From an uncultured delta proteobacterium (GTDB taxonomy: Bacteria > Myxococcota_A > UBA9160 > UBA4427): a stretch of DNA of 64,000 nucleotides. Position numbers and translations under genes: made by a program. Location: assembly GCA_963822965.1 (NCBI GenBank), contig CAWGJT010000005.1, positions 704,001 to 768,000 of the forward strand, given 5' to 3'. The stretch's first letter is position 1, and each line of letters opens with the position of its first letter. The notes below the pieces were generated by a model. It saw only the letters and a list, made by a program, of their open reading frames with translations. It was not told the origin of the DNA and made no database searches. This document shows positions 48,305 through 58,377 of this stretch, in pieces.

Positions 48305-49360
48305 TTGGCTCGCGTGATCCTGACCGGAGGCCTCCGGGAGGCGGCCCCCGGCGGCGAGATCGACGTCGAGGCGTCGAACGTGCGAGAGCTCCTGCAGCGG
48401 CTCGAGGCGCGCATTCCGGGAATCGGTCGTCAGGTCGAAGAAGGCCTCTCGATCGCCATCGACGGCGACATCGTGTCCGACCCACTGCTCGAGCCCATCG
48501 GCCCGGACAGCGAGATCCACTTCCTGCCGCCGATCCGCGGCGGCGCCGGCGGTGCTGCGACCCCGCAGCCGGCGGCCACCATCATGCTGGTGCGCGAGGC
48601 GCCGGCCGGGCCGGAGGTGCTCATGGTCGAGCGCCACGCGAAGAGCGAGTTCCTCCCCGACCTCTACGTGTTTCCGGGGGGCCGCGTGGAGGACGGCGAC
48701 CATGCGCTCGCGGACCGCGTGGGAGGACTCACCGCCGCGCGCGCGATGGAGCTCGCGAGCACCGTCGAGCCGGCGAACGCCCTGGGCTTCTTCGTCGCGG
48801 CCATCCGCGAGACCTTCGAAGAGGCCGGGGTGCTGCTGGCCCGGCGACGCGGGGAAGAGGACCTGGTGGGGGGCGACCTGGTCGACGAGCTCGCCAGCCG
48901 CCGCCTCGAGCTGCAGGCCGGACGGACGAGCCTGCGCGACCTGGTGCTGGCCTACGACCTCGAGCTGGCCGCCGACCGGCTCTGCGTGCACGGCCACTGG
49001 ATCACCCCGGCCGTCGTCCCGCACCGCTTCGACACCCTCTTCTTCACCGCGGTGGCGCCCGGCGACCAGCGGGCGGAGCACGACGGCGTCGAGTCGACGG
49101 CCCACGTCTGGATCCGCCCGGAAGAGGCCCTGGCCCAGGCGCGACGGAAGCAGAAGCAGATGATCTTCCCCACCCTCGCGAACCTGCAGACCCTCACGGG
49201 CTTCTCCCACGTGGACGACGTGCTCGCGAGCTCGCGCCGGCGGACGGTCGTCCCGATCACGCCGCAGATCGCGGGCGAGGGCGACGAGCGCAGGCTCGTG
49301 ATCCCCGCCGAAGCGGGCTACCCGCTGACCGAGGACAAGCTCGAGCTTCCCGGTCGCTGA
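48305..49360 (+). CDS. MoaD/ThiS ubiquitin-like domain fused to a Nudix hydrolase
   Basis: TTG start; IAIDG...EIHFLPPIRGG continues in frame into PAATIMLVRE, VFPGGRVE, AAIRETFEEAG, HWITP...RFDTLFF. Confidence 0.75.
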   Translation: MARVILTGGLREAAPGGEIDVEASNVRELLQRLEARIPGIGRQVEEGLSIAIDGDIVSDPLLEPIGPDSEIHFLPPIRGGAGGAATPQPAATIMLVREAPAGPEVLMVERHAKSEFLPDLYVFPGGRVEDGDHALADRVGGLTAARAMELASTVEPANALGFFVAAIRETFEEAGVLLARRRGEEDLVGGDLVDELASRRLELQAGRTSLRDLVLAYDLELAADRLCVHGHWITPAVVPHRFDTLFFTAVAPGDQRAEHDGVESTAHVWIRPEEALAQARRKQKQMIFPTLANLQTLTGFSHVDDVLASSRRRTVVPITPQIAGEGDERRLVIPAEAGYPLTEDKLELPGR

Positions 49361-49538
49361 CCCGAACGGGCGCCGGTCTGCTCGTGCGCCGGGCAGCGCG
49401 CTGCCGGAATCGGCGCGCCGTGCGCCTCCGGCGCTCCAGCTGGGCCTTCTACCGCACGGAACCGGCTGGCACGTCTCTTGCTCTCACAGCGTGCAACCCC
49501 CCGCGCGCCCGTCCCCCCGGCGGGCTGGAGGCCATGCC

Positions 49539-51008
49539 ATGCGGAACCTGTCGGGACTCGACGCGATCTTCCTCCGGGCCGAGACGCCCAGCACCCCCAT
49601 GAACGTGATCGCGACGATCGTCCTGGACCGCGGCCGCGCGGACGCTCTGTCCGGCGGCGGCGCTCGACGCCTCGATTTCGAGGCGATCGTCCAGCGGCTG
49701 GCCGAGCGGATCCATCTCATGACCCCCTTCCGCCAGCGGCTGGTGGAGACGCCCTTCGGGCTCGACCAGCCGGCCTGGATCGACGATCCCGACTTCGACC
49801 TGCGGGACCACGTGATGCAGGTGGTGGTCCCGTCGCCCGGCACCCGCGAGCACCTGGAGCGGGTGGTGGCCCGGATCGCCGAGCGGCCCCTGGACCGCAG
49901 CCGGCCCCTGTGGGAGCTGTGGGTGGTGGAGGGCCTGGAGGACGACCGGATGGCGATCGTCACGAAGGCCCACCACGCGGCCCTCGACGGCGTCTCCGGG
50001 GCGGCGCTGCTGCTGCATCTCTTCGATCGCCCGGAAGCCATCGAGCCGCTTCCGTCCGCCCAGGCCTGGCAGGGCGAACGCGAGCCCACGCCCGCCGAGC
50101 TGCTCTCGCGCGCCGCGGGCCGATTGCGGGAGCGCGGCGCCCACCTCGGCGACGCGGCGCGCTGCGCCGGAGGGAGCCTGGCGCGCATCCTGCGCTCCCG
50201 GATCGAGGCCGCCGCGCCGGTTCGAGACGCCGCCCTGCCCTTCACGGCCCCGACGACGAGCTGGAATCGTCCGCTGTCCACGCGACGCAGCGTCGCCTAC
50301 ACGCGGACGCCGCTCGACCAGGTCGCGACGATCCGCGCAGCCTTCGGCGGCACCATCAACGACGTGGTGCTGGCGGCCTGCACCGCCGCGCTCCGCGACT
50401 ACCTGATCGAGCACGACGAGCTGCCGGACGGCCCGCTCGTCGCCTCCATCCCGATCTCCACCCGCTCCTTCGACGACGGTCCCGGCGGCAACCACATCTC
50501 AGCGATGCTCGCCGCGCTGCCCGTCCACATCGACGAGCCGATGCACCGCTACTGGGAGGTGTGCCGCAGCGCCCGGGACGCGAAGCGCTTCCACGGCCTG
50601 CTGGGCGATCGCGCGATCGCGGCGTTCGCGGAGCTCAGCCCGGGCCCCCTGGTCGGCTCGGCGCTGCGCCTCTACTCGCGCTGGAAGCTGGCGAGCCTGC
50701 ACCGTCCGCTTCACAACCTGGTGATCTCGAACGTGCCGGGGCCGGGCGTCCGCCTCGCCCTGGCGGGCGCACCCGTCGAGGCCCTGCATCCCCACGGCCC
50801 GCTGATGGAGGGCGCCGGGCTGAACATCACGGTGATGAGCTACGCGGGATCCCTCGACATCGGCGTCCTCGCCTGCCGCGAGTCGCTGCCGCAAATCGGC
50901 CTGCTGGCGAACGGCATCGCGACCGCCATCGAAGCGCTCGCGAAGCAGGCCGACGAGGACCTCTCCGAGCACGCGGCGAAGAGCGTCCGCCTGCGGGCCG
51001 TGGGCTGA
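49539..51008 (+). CDS. Wax ester synthase / diacylglycerol acyltransferase (WS/DGAT)
   Basis: LSGLDAIFL, PLDRSRPLWE, HHAALDG, GTINDVVLA, NLVISNVPGP. Confidence 0.93.
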   Translation: MRNLSGLDAIFLRAETPSTPMNVIATIVLDRGRADALSGGGARRLDFEAIVQRLAERIHLMTPFRQRLVETPFGLDQPAWIDDPDFDLRDHVMQVVVPSPGTREHLERVVARIAERPLDRSRPLWELWVVEGLEDDRMAIVTKAHHAALDGVSGAALLLHLFDRPEAIEPLPSAQAWQGEREPTPAELLSRAAGRLRERGAHLGDAARCAGGSLARILRSRIEAAAPVRDAALPFTAPTTSWNRPLSTRRSVAYTRTPLDQVATIRAAFGGTINDVVLAACTAALRDYLIEHDELPDGPLVASIPISTRSFDDGPGGNHISAMLAALPVHIDEPMHRYWEVCRSARDAKRFHGLLGDRAIAAFAELSPGPLVGSALRLYSRWKLASLHRPLHNLVISNVPGPGVRLALAGAPVEALHPHGPLMEGAGLNITVMSYAGSLDIGVLACRESLPQIGLLANGIATAIEALAKQADEDLSEHAAKSVRLRAVG

Positions 51009-51532
51009 TTCCAGCCGACCCACCGCAGATCGTCGAAGTCGATCCACGTACCAGTCAGGTCCGTGTGTAGTGGATTCCGCCCTGCGGTCCGAATGTGCCG
51101 TGGCTCGCGTAGCGGGCTTCCCCAGAAGACATCGCACCTCCTTTCCGATGAATGAGGGCCCCCGCCAGGGCGTCAGCGTCCATCGTCATGCACGTCCGTA
51201 ACGATGGGGCTCATTGTCACACAGCCAGAGCCAGGGAGCGTGCTTCTGGTGGACTGCCGCATCCGTGGCCCGGTACCAGCAGCGGGGAAGCACCCGCAGT
51301 CGGACGGGCGCCGCAGGAGCCCCGCGCCCCTTCGAAGAAGGCAATCACCGGGCCGACGTGCGATGAGCCCGGCGACGATTCGAACACCATCCGCGATCGG
51401 GAAGCGAACGCGAAGACGAGATCCGGATCTTGCGCGTCCAGAGTCTCTGTGGTCTCCTGCTTCGTAAGACGCGGTCATAGTGGCGGTAAGTAGTACAAAT
51501 TGTAGAAAGAAGAGCAGCGAAGAGGGAGCTCG

Positions 51533-51883
51533 ATGATGGCAGTCCAGGGCAAGCAACGTTCGAATCAGCGCGCCCGAGGGCTTGTCGCGCTCGCCGCCAT
51601 CCTGCTGGCAGGCCTGCTCGCGGGCGCGACGAACATCGCCCAGGCGGACGGCGCCGACGGGGTGGCGCTCTACGACAAGAACTGCGCCGGTTGTCACGGC
51701 GCGGAGGGCAAGGCCGACACCCCCATGGCGCAGGTCATGAAGGTTCCGGCGCTCGCGGGCACCAAGCTCGACGCCGACGCGATCGTGAAGCACGTCCGCG
51801 AGGCCAAGTCGCACGCCACACCCTCGCAGGCCCTGAGCGACGAGGACCTGGCCCAGGTGGCAGCGGCGGTGAAGGCCCTCTAG
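51533..51883 (+). CDS. Periplasmic monoheme cytochrome c (MtoD-like position)
   Basis: Signal peptide; GVALYDKNCAGCHG; LSDEDL C-terminal helix. Confidence 0.88.
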   Translation: MMAVQGKQRSNQRARGLVALAAILLAGLLAGATNIAQADGADGVALYDKNCAGCHGAEGKADTPMAQVMKVPALAGTKLDADAIVKHVREAKSHATPSQALSDEDLAQVAAAVKAL

Positions 51884-51960
51884 TCGCGCGCACGCGCACG
51901 CGCGACGATTCCCGAAAGCGGTTGTTCCCCGATCGACCTTGCAGACCGGAGACCGAACTC

Positions 51961-52944
51961 GTGAAGACGTCTTCGAACGCGGTCACGAGCGCCTTCGTCC
52001 TGGCCCTCGCGGTACTCGCTACCAGCGCTCTCCCCGCGCGACTCGCACTCGCCGAGGACCCTGCGCAACCCGAGGCGGCGGCCCCGCAGGCCCCGATGGC
52101 CGCCGGGCACGCGGACTACGTCGGGGATGCCGTATGCCTCGGCTGCCACGAGAAGCTGAAGCCGGGGCTCACGGAGAGCTACCAGCAGACGATCCACTAT
52201 CGCGTCCTGAACGAGAAGAACGGCACGACACCTCTCATGCAGCACGGGTGCGAGGCCTGCCACGGTCCTGGCGGCGACCACGCCCGCGCAGGCGGCGGCA
52301 AGGGCAAGGGCAACATGCTCGAGTTCGAGGGGCACACCCCGGAAGACGTGCACCGCGAGAACGACGCTTGCCTCCAGTGCCACCGCGGCGGGGAGCGCCT
52401 CTACTGGGAGGGCAGCGCCCACCCGAGCCGCGACGTCGGCTGTGCCTCCTGCCATTCGATCATGCACAACGTCTCCGGTCGCAATCAGCTCGCGCGAGCG
52501 ACGGTGGTCGACACCTGCGGCGGGTGCCACCGCCTGCAGAAGGCCCGGCAGATGCGCAACGCCCACATGCCCCTGCGCGAAGGCAAGATGGACTGCACGT
52601 CCTGCCACAACCCCCACGGCACCATCGCCGACTCGCTGATCGCGGCGAACACGGTCAACGACCAGTGCTACGAGTGCCACGCGGACAAGCGGGGCCCCTA
52701 CCTGTGGGAGCACGCGCCGGTGCGCGAGAGCTGTCTCACCTGCCATGAGCCGCACGGAGCCACGCGCGACCACATGCTCAAGCTCGGGGTGCCGCGACTG
52801 TGCCAGAGCTGCCACATCCCGACCCGGCACCCGACCGATCCCCGGAATCCGGATGAACGCTTCGTGCTCGGCCAGGCCTGTCTGAACTGCCACCCGATGG
52901 TGCACGGCTCGAACCATCCGTCGGGCAGCGCCTTCACCCGCTGA
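51961..52944 (+). CDS. mtrA: MtrA/MtoA/DmsE family decaheme cytochrome c
   Basis: 10 CxxCH counted; CEACHGPG, CHNPHG, KRGPYLWEHAPV, CLNCH..VHGSNHPSG C-terminus. Confidence 0.92.
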   Translation: MKTSSNAVTSAFVLALAVLATSALPARLALAEDPAQPEAAAPQAPMAAGHADYVGDAVCLGCHEKLKPGLTESYQQTIHYRVLNEKNGTTPLMQHGCEACHGPGGDHARAGGGKGKGNMLEFEGHTPEDVHRENDACLQCHRGGERLYWEGSAHPSRDVGCASCHSIMHNVSGRNQLARATVVDTCGGCHRLQKARQMRNAHMPLREGKMDCTSCHNPHGTIADSLIAANTVNDQCYECHADKRGPYLWEHAPVRESCLTCHEPHGATRDHMLKLGVPRLCQSCHIPTRHPTDPRNPDERFVLGQACLNCHPMVHGSNHPSGSAFTR

Positions 52945-52968
52945 TCCCACGGGACGAGGAGGACCGTC

Positions 52969-55119
52969 ATGACCCGATCCGCCATCCCGTCTTCCTCGAT
53001 CCTCATGATCGCCGCTGCGTTTGCGATCGCCCTCGTGCCAGCTGTCCCGGCCGCCGCCGACACCGAGGTGGGTGGAGCCGTCGTCTCCGGCGACGCCGAA
53101 GTCGGCGGGCGCGTGATCACCGGTGACGACTGGGGTGGCGGTGGGAAGTTCGACGAGTACCGCGCCATCAGCCCCGGCGTGGTCGGCAGCGGGAACCTCC
53201 TCGTCGAAGACTCCGAACGGATGCGCTACGTGCGGAGCGTGGTCGACTTCGTGGACGAGGACGACCAGCACTACGAGCTGGGGATCGGGCGCTGGGGTCA
53301 CTACGGCCTCGAGATGAGCTTCGACAACTTCCCGCACAACTACAGCTCGAACGCGGTGACACCGCTGTCCCGCGGCCAGAACGGCAAGCTCTTCCTGCCC
53401 CAGAGCTGGGACTTCACCGCCGCGAACACCGATCTCGGCGCCGAGGTGGACGCGAACCTCCGCCCGCGCAATCTCGGCTTCCGCCTGCTCGAGGGCAAGG
53501 TCCGCAGCTTCTACAAGCCGATCGAAGGGCTGGAGCTCACCACCGGCTACAGCATCCAGGACAAGCAGGGCACACAGCCGGGCAGCATCACCTTCGGCTT
53601 CGGCGGCGGCTTCGTGAACATCGCGAAGCCCATCGACGACCGCACCCACGACTTCTTCGCCGGCGCGAGCTACGCGGCCGAGAGCTGGAGCCTGGGCATC
53701 CAGTACGAGGGCTCGTTCTACGAGAACGAGCTCAACTCGATCACGGTGCAGAACTTCCTGAACCAGACGGATTCGATCGACGCGCCGGCGTTCGGCCGTA
53801 ACTCGGTTGCGCCGGACAACTCGGCGCACCTCGTCAGCGTCTCGGGCGCGGCGGTGATCCCCACCGCCTTCCCGTCGCGACTGGCGGGTACCTTCTCCTA
53901 CGGCATCCGCCTGCAAGACGACAACTTCATCCCCTACACGATCAACACGGCACTCGCCCCGGGCGCGCTGCCACAGTCCGACCTCAACGGCGAGGTGCAG
54001 ACCCTCCTCGGCAACCTCGTCTATAGCGCCCGCCCGATGGACAAGATGAACGTCGAGGCGCGCTATCGCATCTACGACCTCGACAACAAATCGGACCACA
54101 TCACCTTCGACTCACGCGTGCCCTACGACGACGACGTCGCGGTCGGCACCTTCACGACCGAGCTCTACGACTACCGCCGCCAGAACGGCGACCTCGACGT
54201 CTCCTACCGCGTGAGCGACCCCGCGACCCTCCACATGGGATTCAACTGGGAGAACTGGCGCCGCAGCCAGAACCGGGAGGTGCGCCACAGCAACGAGCTC
54301 ACCGGCAGCATCGGCGGCGACTACCGGGTGACGGAGTGGGCGACGATCAAGACGGAGGTCTCCCTGGGCGACAAGGAGGGGACCTACTTCACGATCGGCT
54401 CGATCCAGCTTCCCGAGCTGCGGAAGTACGACGAGGCCGACCGGCTGCGCGTCGCGACGGACTGGCGCCTGATGATGGTTCCCACGGAGCTGGTGGTCGT
54501 GAGCCTCTCGGGAGGCGTCACCCACGACGACTATTCGAACTCGGACTTCGGGCTCGTCAAGGAGCACGCCTGGCACGCAGGCGTCGATGTCGAGTACAGC
54601 CCCTTCGACTGGATGAGCCTGGCCGCCTACTACGAGTACGACTACACCAAGCGGCAGCAGCGTTCGATGAACCGCAGCTCGACAGCCCAGCGTCCGGACG
54701 CCGAGCCGGATCGCGTCTGGGTGAGCAATGGCACGGACCAGGGCCACAACGTCGGCGTCGACATGAAGCTCGTGGTCGTGAAGGACCTGCTCGACGCCCG
54801 GCTCGGCTACCAGTTCCAGAAGGGCGACGCGGACACGGACGCCCGGCCGAACAACCCGAACGACCCGGCCACCGCGGGCGGTCCCGTCGACTTCCCGGAC
54901 ATCGACGACACCCTCAACATCCTGACGACCGAGCTCACCTGGCACGTGATGGAGAAGCTCGACCTGATCGGCGCCTACCGCTTCGAGGACTACCGGCACC
55001 AGAACTTCCAGACGGACCCGCTCGGCACCTACTTCGGCGGCAACGACGTCTACCTGGGCAACAAGGTGAACGACTACACCGCCCACGTGTTCACGGTCGG
55101 CGCCCGCTACGAGTTCTGA
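52969..55119 (+). CDS. mtrB: MtrB/MtoB/PioB family outer-membrane porin
   Basis: GGAGG RBS; signal peptide; KFDEYR, P.D.RTH, PDNSAH, LRKYDEADR motifs; C-terminal ARYEF; follows the decaheme gene. Confidence 0.88.
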   Translation: MTRSAIPSSSILMIAAAFAIALVPAVPAAADTEVGGAVVSGDAEVGGRVITGDDWGGGGKFDEYRAISPGVVGSGNLLVEDSERMRYVRSVVDFVDEDDQHYELGIGRWGHYGLEMSFDNFPHNYSSNAVTPLSRGQNGKLFLPQSWDFTAANTDLGAEVDANLRPRNLGFRLLEGKVRSFYKPIEGLELTTGYSIQDKQGTQPGSITFGFGGGFVNIAKPIDDRTHDFFAGASYAAESWSLGIQYEGSFYENELNSITVQNFLNQTDSIDAPAFGRNSVAPDNSAHLVSVSGAAVIPTAFPSRLAGTFSYGIRLQDDNFIPYTINTALAPGALPQSDLNGEVQTLLGNLVYSARPMDKMNVEARYRIYDLDNKSDHITFDSRVPYDDDVAVGTFTTELYDYRRQNGDLDVSYRVSDPATLHMGFNWENWRRSQNREVRHSNELTGSIGGDYRVTEWATIKTEVSLGDKEGTYFTIGSIQLPELRKYDEADRLRVATDWRLMMVPTELVVVSLSGGVTHDDYSNSDFGLVKEHAWHAGVDVEYSPFDWMSLAAYYEYDYTKRQQRSMNRSSTAQRPDAEPDRVWVSNGTDQGHNVGVDMKLVVVKDLLDARLGYQFQKGDADTDARPNNPNDPATAGGPVDFPDIDDTLNILTTELTWHVMEKLDLIGAYRFEDYRHQNFQTDPLGTYFGGNDVYLGNKVNDYTAHVFTVGARYEF

Positions 55120-55152
55120 GGACGAGCCCGCGCAGCCGGCGAGGTACAGCGG

Positions 55153-56067
55153 CTACGCGGCGTAGAAGTCCAGGAGCGCGGCGCCCAGCTCCGGCGGGTC
55201 GTGCATCGGCATCAGGTGGTCGATGTCCAGCTCGAGGAGCTTCGCGTCGGGGATGCGGGTCACCACTTCCTCGAAGACCACCATCGGGAAGTAGCCCCGC
55301 CCGGCCCGCACCAGCAGGGTCGGCGCCTCGATGCGGTGGGCCACGGTGAAGATGTCGAGCACACCGGTCGCGTCGAAGACCGATGCCTCGACCTCTCCCC
55401 GGCACTTGAGCTCCACCTGCCCGTCGCTGCGGTCGCGCATCCCCTCGTCGACGTAGAGCCGCAGGGCGCGGGGATCCCAGTTCCGGAACATCTCCTTGCC
55501 GGACCACACCTGGAGCGCCACGTCCCGGGACGGCCACACCTGCTGCCGCGCTCTCGCGGCCGCGGCCAGGGGATTGCCCCGGGAGCGGAAGTCCTCGGAG
55601 GACGCCCCCGGCATCTTCGCTCGCATCTCGTCGATCATGCCCTCGGGCGGGCGGATCACCGGGTCGAGCAGGGCCAGGTGCTCGAACAGTTCCGGCCGCA
55701 GCGCCGCCGCGTAGGCGGTGACGAGCCCGCCGAAGGAATTCCCGATCCCGTATGCGACCGGACCGCCGTGCTCCTCGGTCAGGCGCTCCGCCAGGGGGAT
55801 GAGATCCAGCACGAACTCCATCCACCGGTAGGCAGGTCCCGGAGGCGGAGAGGTGGAATCGCCGTGCCCCCGCGCGTCCAGGGCCACCACGCGGAAGTGC
55901 GGTCGGAGCTGCTCCGCCAGCAGCGCCCAGGTGCCGGCGCAGAAGCCGTTCGCGTGGTGCAGCAGCGCGAGCGGGCCGTCGCCGCCCCAGTCGAGCAGGG
56001 CGATCTCCATGTCCCGCCCGGGTAGCTCGACACGCCGCCGCGAGACGTCCACCAGCAGGGGATTCAC
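55153..56067 (-). CDS. Alpha/beta fold hydrolase
   Basis: HHANGF, LDARGHGDS, GNSFGG nucleophile elbow, DHLMPM. Confidence 0.88.
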   Translation of the reverse strand: MNPLLVDVSRRRVELPGRDMEIALLDWGGDGPLALLHHANGFCAGTWALLAEQLRPHFRVVALDARGHGDSTSPPPGPAYRWMEFVLDLIPLAERLTEEHGGPVAYGIGNSFGGLVTAYAAALRPELFEHLALLDPVIRPPEGMIDEMRAKMPGASSEDFRSRGNPLAAAARARQQVWPSRDVALQVWSGKEMFRNWDPRALRLYVDEGMRDRSDGQVELKCRGEVEASVFDATGVLDIFTVAHRIEAPTLLVRAGRGYFPMVVFEEVVTRIPDAKLLELDIDHLMPMHDPPELGAALLDFYAA

Positions 56068-58361
56068 GCGGGACGCCCCCCACCCGCCGAACGGGGCTCG
56101 GCGGCGGAGTCCGCCGAGCGGGACCCGGCGGCGGAGTCTTCCGGGGATTCGTCAGGGGGCATGGCTGCGGATTCCACCTCTACGGGTAGCCCATTCAGGA
56201 TCGCGTTGCCGACGACGGGCTCGAGGCGCTGCTCGTCGGTGAGATCGTTGAGACTCACGCGGGCGTGCGCCTCGGCGAGAGGAATCTGCATGCCGGGCCG
56301 GTCGTGGCCCCAGCCGTGGGGCAGGCTCACGACGCCGGCCAGCATCTCGTCGGACACCTCGAGGCGTGCCACGACCTGCCCCACCCGGCTGCGGATGCGC
56401 ACCCGATCGCCGCTGCCGAGGCGCCGGCTCGCCGCATCCGCCGGGTGCATGAGCAGGGTGCAGCGGTCCCGCCCCTTCACGGCGAGGGGCACGTTGTGGA
56501 GCCAGGAGTTGTTCGTGCGGACATCGCGGCGTCCGACGAGCAGCAGGGAGCTCGTTTCGCAGGGCGGAGACCCGAGCTCCGCGCGCAAGCGCGCGAGCTC
56601 CGCGGTCATCACGGGGTGCCCGAGGTCGAGGCGCAGCCCCCGCGGCTCGAGCCACTCGCGCAGGGAAGGCCGCAGGGGGCCCAGGTCGACCCCGCGCGGC
56701 TCCGCCAGCAGGTCCCGCACCCGCAGCCCCCGGCGCCAGGGCCGGAAGCCGTCGCCGTACGGGCCCAGACGCAGCATCCAGTCGAGCACCCGGGTCGGGT
56801 GGAAGAAGCCCTTCGCCCGGCGCAGCGCCCGCAGCGCCAGCCGAACCGGGGGCCGGCGGGTCTTCTTCTCCGCGATCCGCAGCGCCAGCTCCACCAGGAT
56901 CTCCCACTCGTGCAGGGCGCCGGGCTCGCGCGGAAGCACCGGCGGCGAGTACTTCGCGCTGTTGTGCACCGCGAAGAGGTGGAAGACGATCTCGTAGTTC
57001 TCGCTCTCGAGCGACCACGTGGGCGGCAGGATGATCGACGCGTGGCGGGTCGTCTCGTTGCGGTAGATGTCCACGGACGCGCAGTACTCGAGGTCCTCGA
57101 AGGCGCGATCGAGCCGGCGTCCGTTGGGGGTCGAGAGCACGGGATTGCCCGCCACGGTCAGCATGCCGCGCAGCCGCCCCGGACCCGGCGTGAGCATCTC
57201 CTCGGCCATGCAGGCGGCGGGCTGCTCTCCGTTGAACGAGGGGGCGCCGCGCACGCGGGTCGTCCAGGCGGGCTTGTCCGCGCCCGGCATGCGCGACGTC
57301 AGCGCCGCGAGATCGACCGCCGGGTTGGCGTGCAGCACGCCCCCGGGCCGATCGAGATTGCCCGTCACCAGGTTGAGCACGTCCACGAGCCAGTTCGTGA
57401 GGGTCGCATAGGGGTGGAGAGAGGCGCCGACCCGCGCGTAGCAGGCGGCGCGGGGGGCGCCCAGGAACTCGACCGCCAGATCGCGGATCCGCTGCGCGGG
57501 AATCCCGAGCCGCTCTTCGACGGCTTCGGGCGCGAAGGCCGCGAGCGCCGCACGTAGCGCCGCCTCTCCGTCGACGAGGTCCGCGAGCGCGCCCCCGACG
57601 GTCGACCCCGCCGATCGCGCGCCCTCGTCTCCCGCGAGCGCCTTCTCGTGCAGCACCACGTACACGAGCGCGGCCAGCAGCAGTGCATCCAGCCCGGGAC
57701 GGATGAAGAGGTGCAGGTCGGCGAGCGCGGCCGTGGCCGTCCGCCGCGGGTCGACGACCACCAGTCGGCCGCCCCGCTCCTTCAGCTCCCGCAGCCGGCG
57801 ACGGATGCCCGGGGCGGTCATCAGGCTGCCATTGGAGACCACGGGATTCGCCCCGATCACCAGCAGGAAGTCGGTCCGGTCGACGTCGGGGACCGCGATC
57901 TTGAACACATTGCCGAACAGGTAGAGGCTCGAGGCGTGCTTCGGATTCTGGTCGCAGGAGCTCGCGGTGTACTGGTTGTGCGAGCGGAGGGCGCTTCGCA
58001 GGAGGGAGATGGTGGCGACGGTGCCGAAGCTGTGGGCACCCGGGTTGCCGAGATACATGCCGACGGCGTCGTCGCCGTCGCGGAGCTGGATGCGCGCGAG
58101 GTTCTCAGCCACCTCGTCCAGCGCCTCTTCCCAGGAGATCTCCTCCCAGCCGGCTTCACTGCGGCGAATCGGGCGCCGCAGCCGCGCGGGGTCGCGCTGC
58201 ACCTCCTGGAGCGCGATCGCCTTCGGGCAGATGTGCCCCCGGCTCAGCGGGTCGTCCTCGTCGGCGCGGATGCGGACGACGCGCCCGTCGTCGACGTCGA
58301 CGAGCAGCCCGCAGCACGCTTCGCACAGGTTGCACGTCTTGCGGACGGTGCGGGGGCTCAC
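56064..58361 (-). CDS. Molybdopterin (bis-PGD) oxidoreductase with N-terminal 4Fe-4S cluster
   Basis: CNLCEACCG...CPK, GANPVVSNGS, GNLDRPGG, RTNNSWLHN, VSLPHGWG. Confidence 0.9.
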   Translation of the reverse strand: MSPRTVRKTCNLCEACCGLLVDVDDGRVVRIRADEDDPLSRGHICPKAIALQEVQRDPARLRRPIRRSEAGWEEISWEEALDEVAENLARIQLRDGDDAVGMYLGNPGAHSFGTVATISLLRSALRSHNQYTASSCDQNPKHASSLYLFGNVFKIAVPDVDRTDFLLVIGANPVVSNGSLMTAPGIRRRLRELKERGGRLVVVDPRRTATAALADLHLFIRPGLDALLLAALVYVVLHEKALAGDEGARSAGSTVGGALADLVDGEAALRAALAAFAPEAVEERLGIPAQRIRDLAVEFLGAPRAACYARVGASLHPYATLTNWLVDVLNLVTGNLDRPGGVLHANPAVDLAALTSRMPGADKPAWTTRVRGAPSFNGEQPAACMAEEMLTPGPGRLRGMLTVAGNPVLSTPNGRRLDRAFEDLEYCASVDIYRNETTRHASIILPPTWSLESENYEIVFHLFAVHNSAKYSPPVLPREPGALHEWEILVELALRIAEKKTRRPPVRLALRALRRAKGFFHPTRVLDWMLRLGPYGDGFRPWRRGLRVRDLLAEPRGVDLGPLRPSLREWLEPRGLRLDLGHPVMTAELARLRAELGSPPCETSSLLLVGRRDVRTNNSWLHNVPLAVKGRDRCTLLMHPADAASRRLGSGDRVRIRSRVGQVVARLEVSDEMLAGVVSLPHGWGHDRPGMQIPLAEAHARVSLNDLTDEQRLEPVVGNAILNGLPVEVESAAMPPDESPEDSAAGSRSADSAAEPRSAGGGRPA

Positions 58362-58377
58362 CCGGTGAGCAGATCCG

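Noticed and set aside
51152..51493. Short ORFs in the gap upstream of the monoheme cytochrome
   Set aside because: No recognisable motif, atypical composition and no clear RBS
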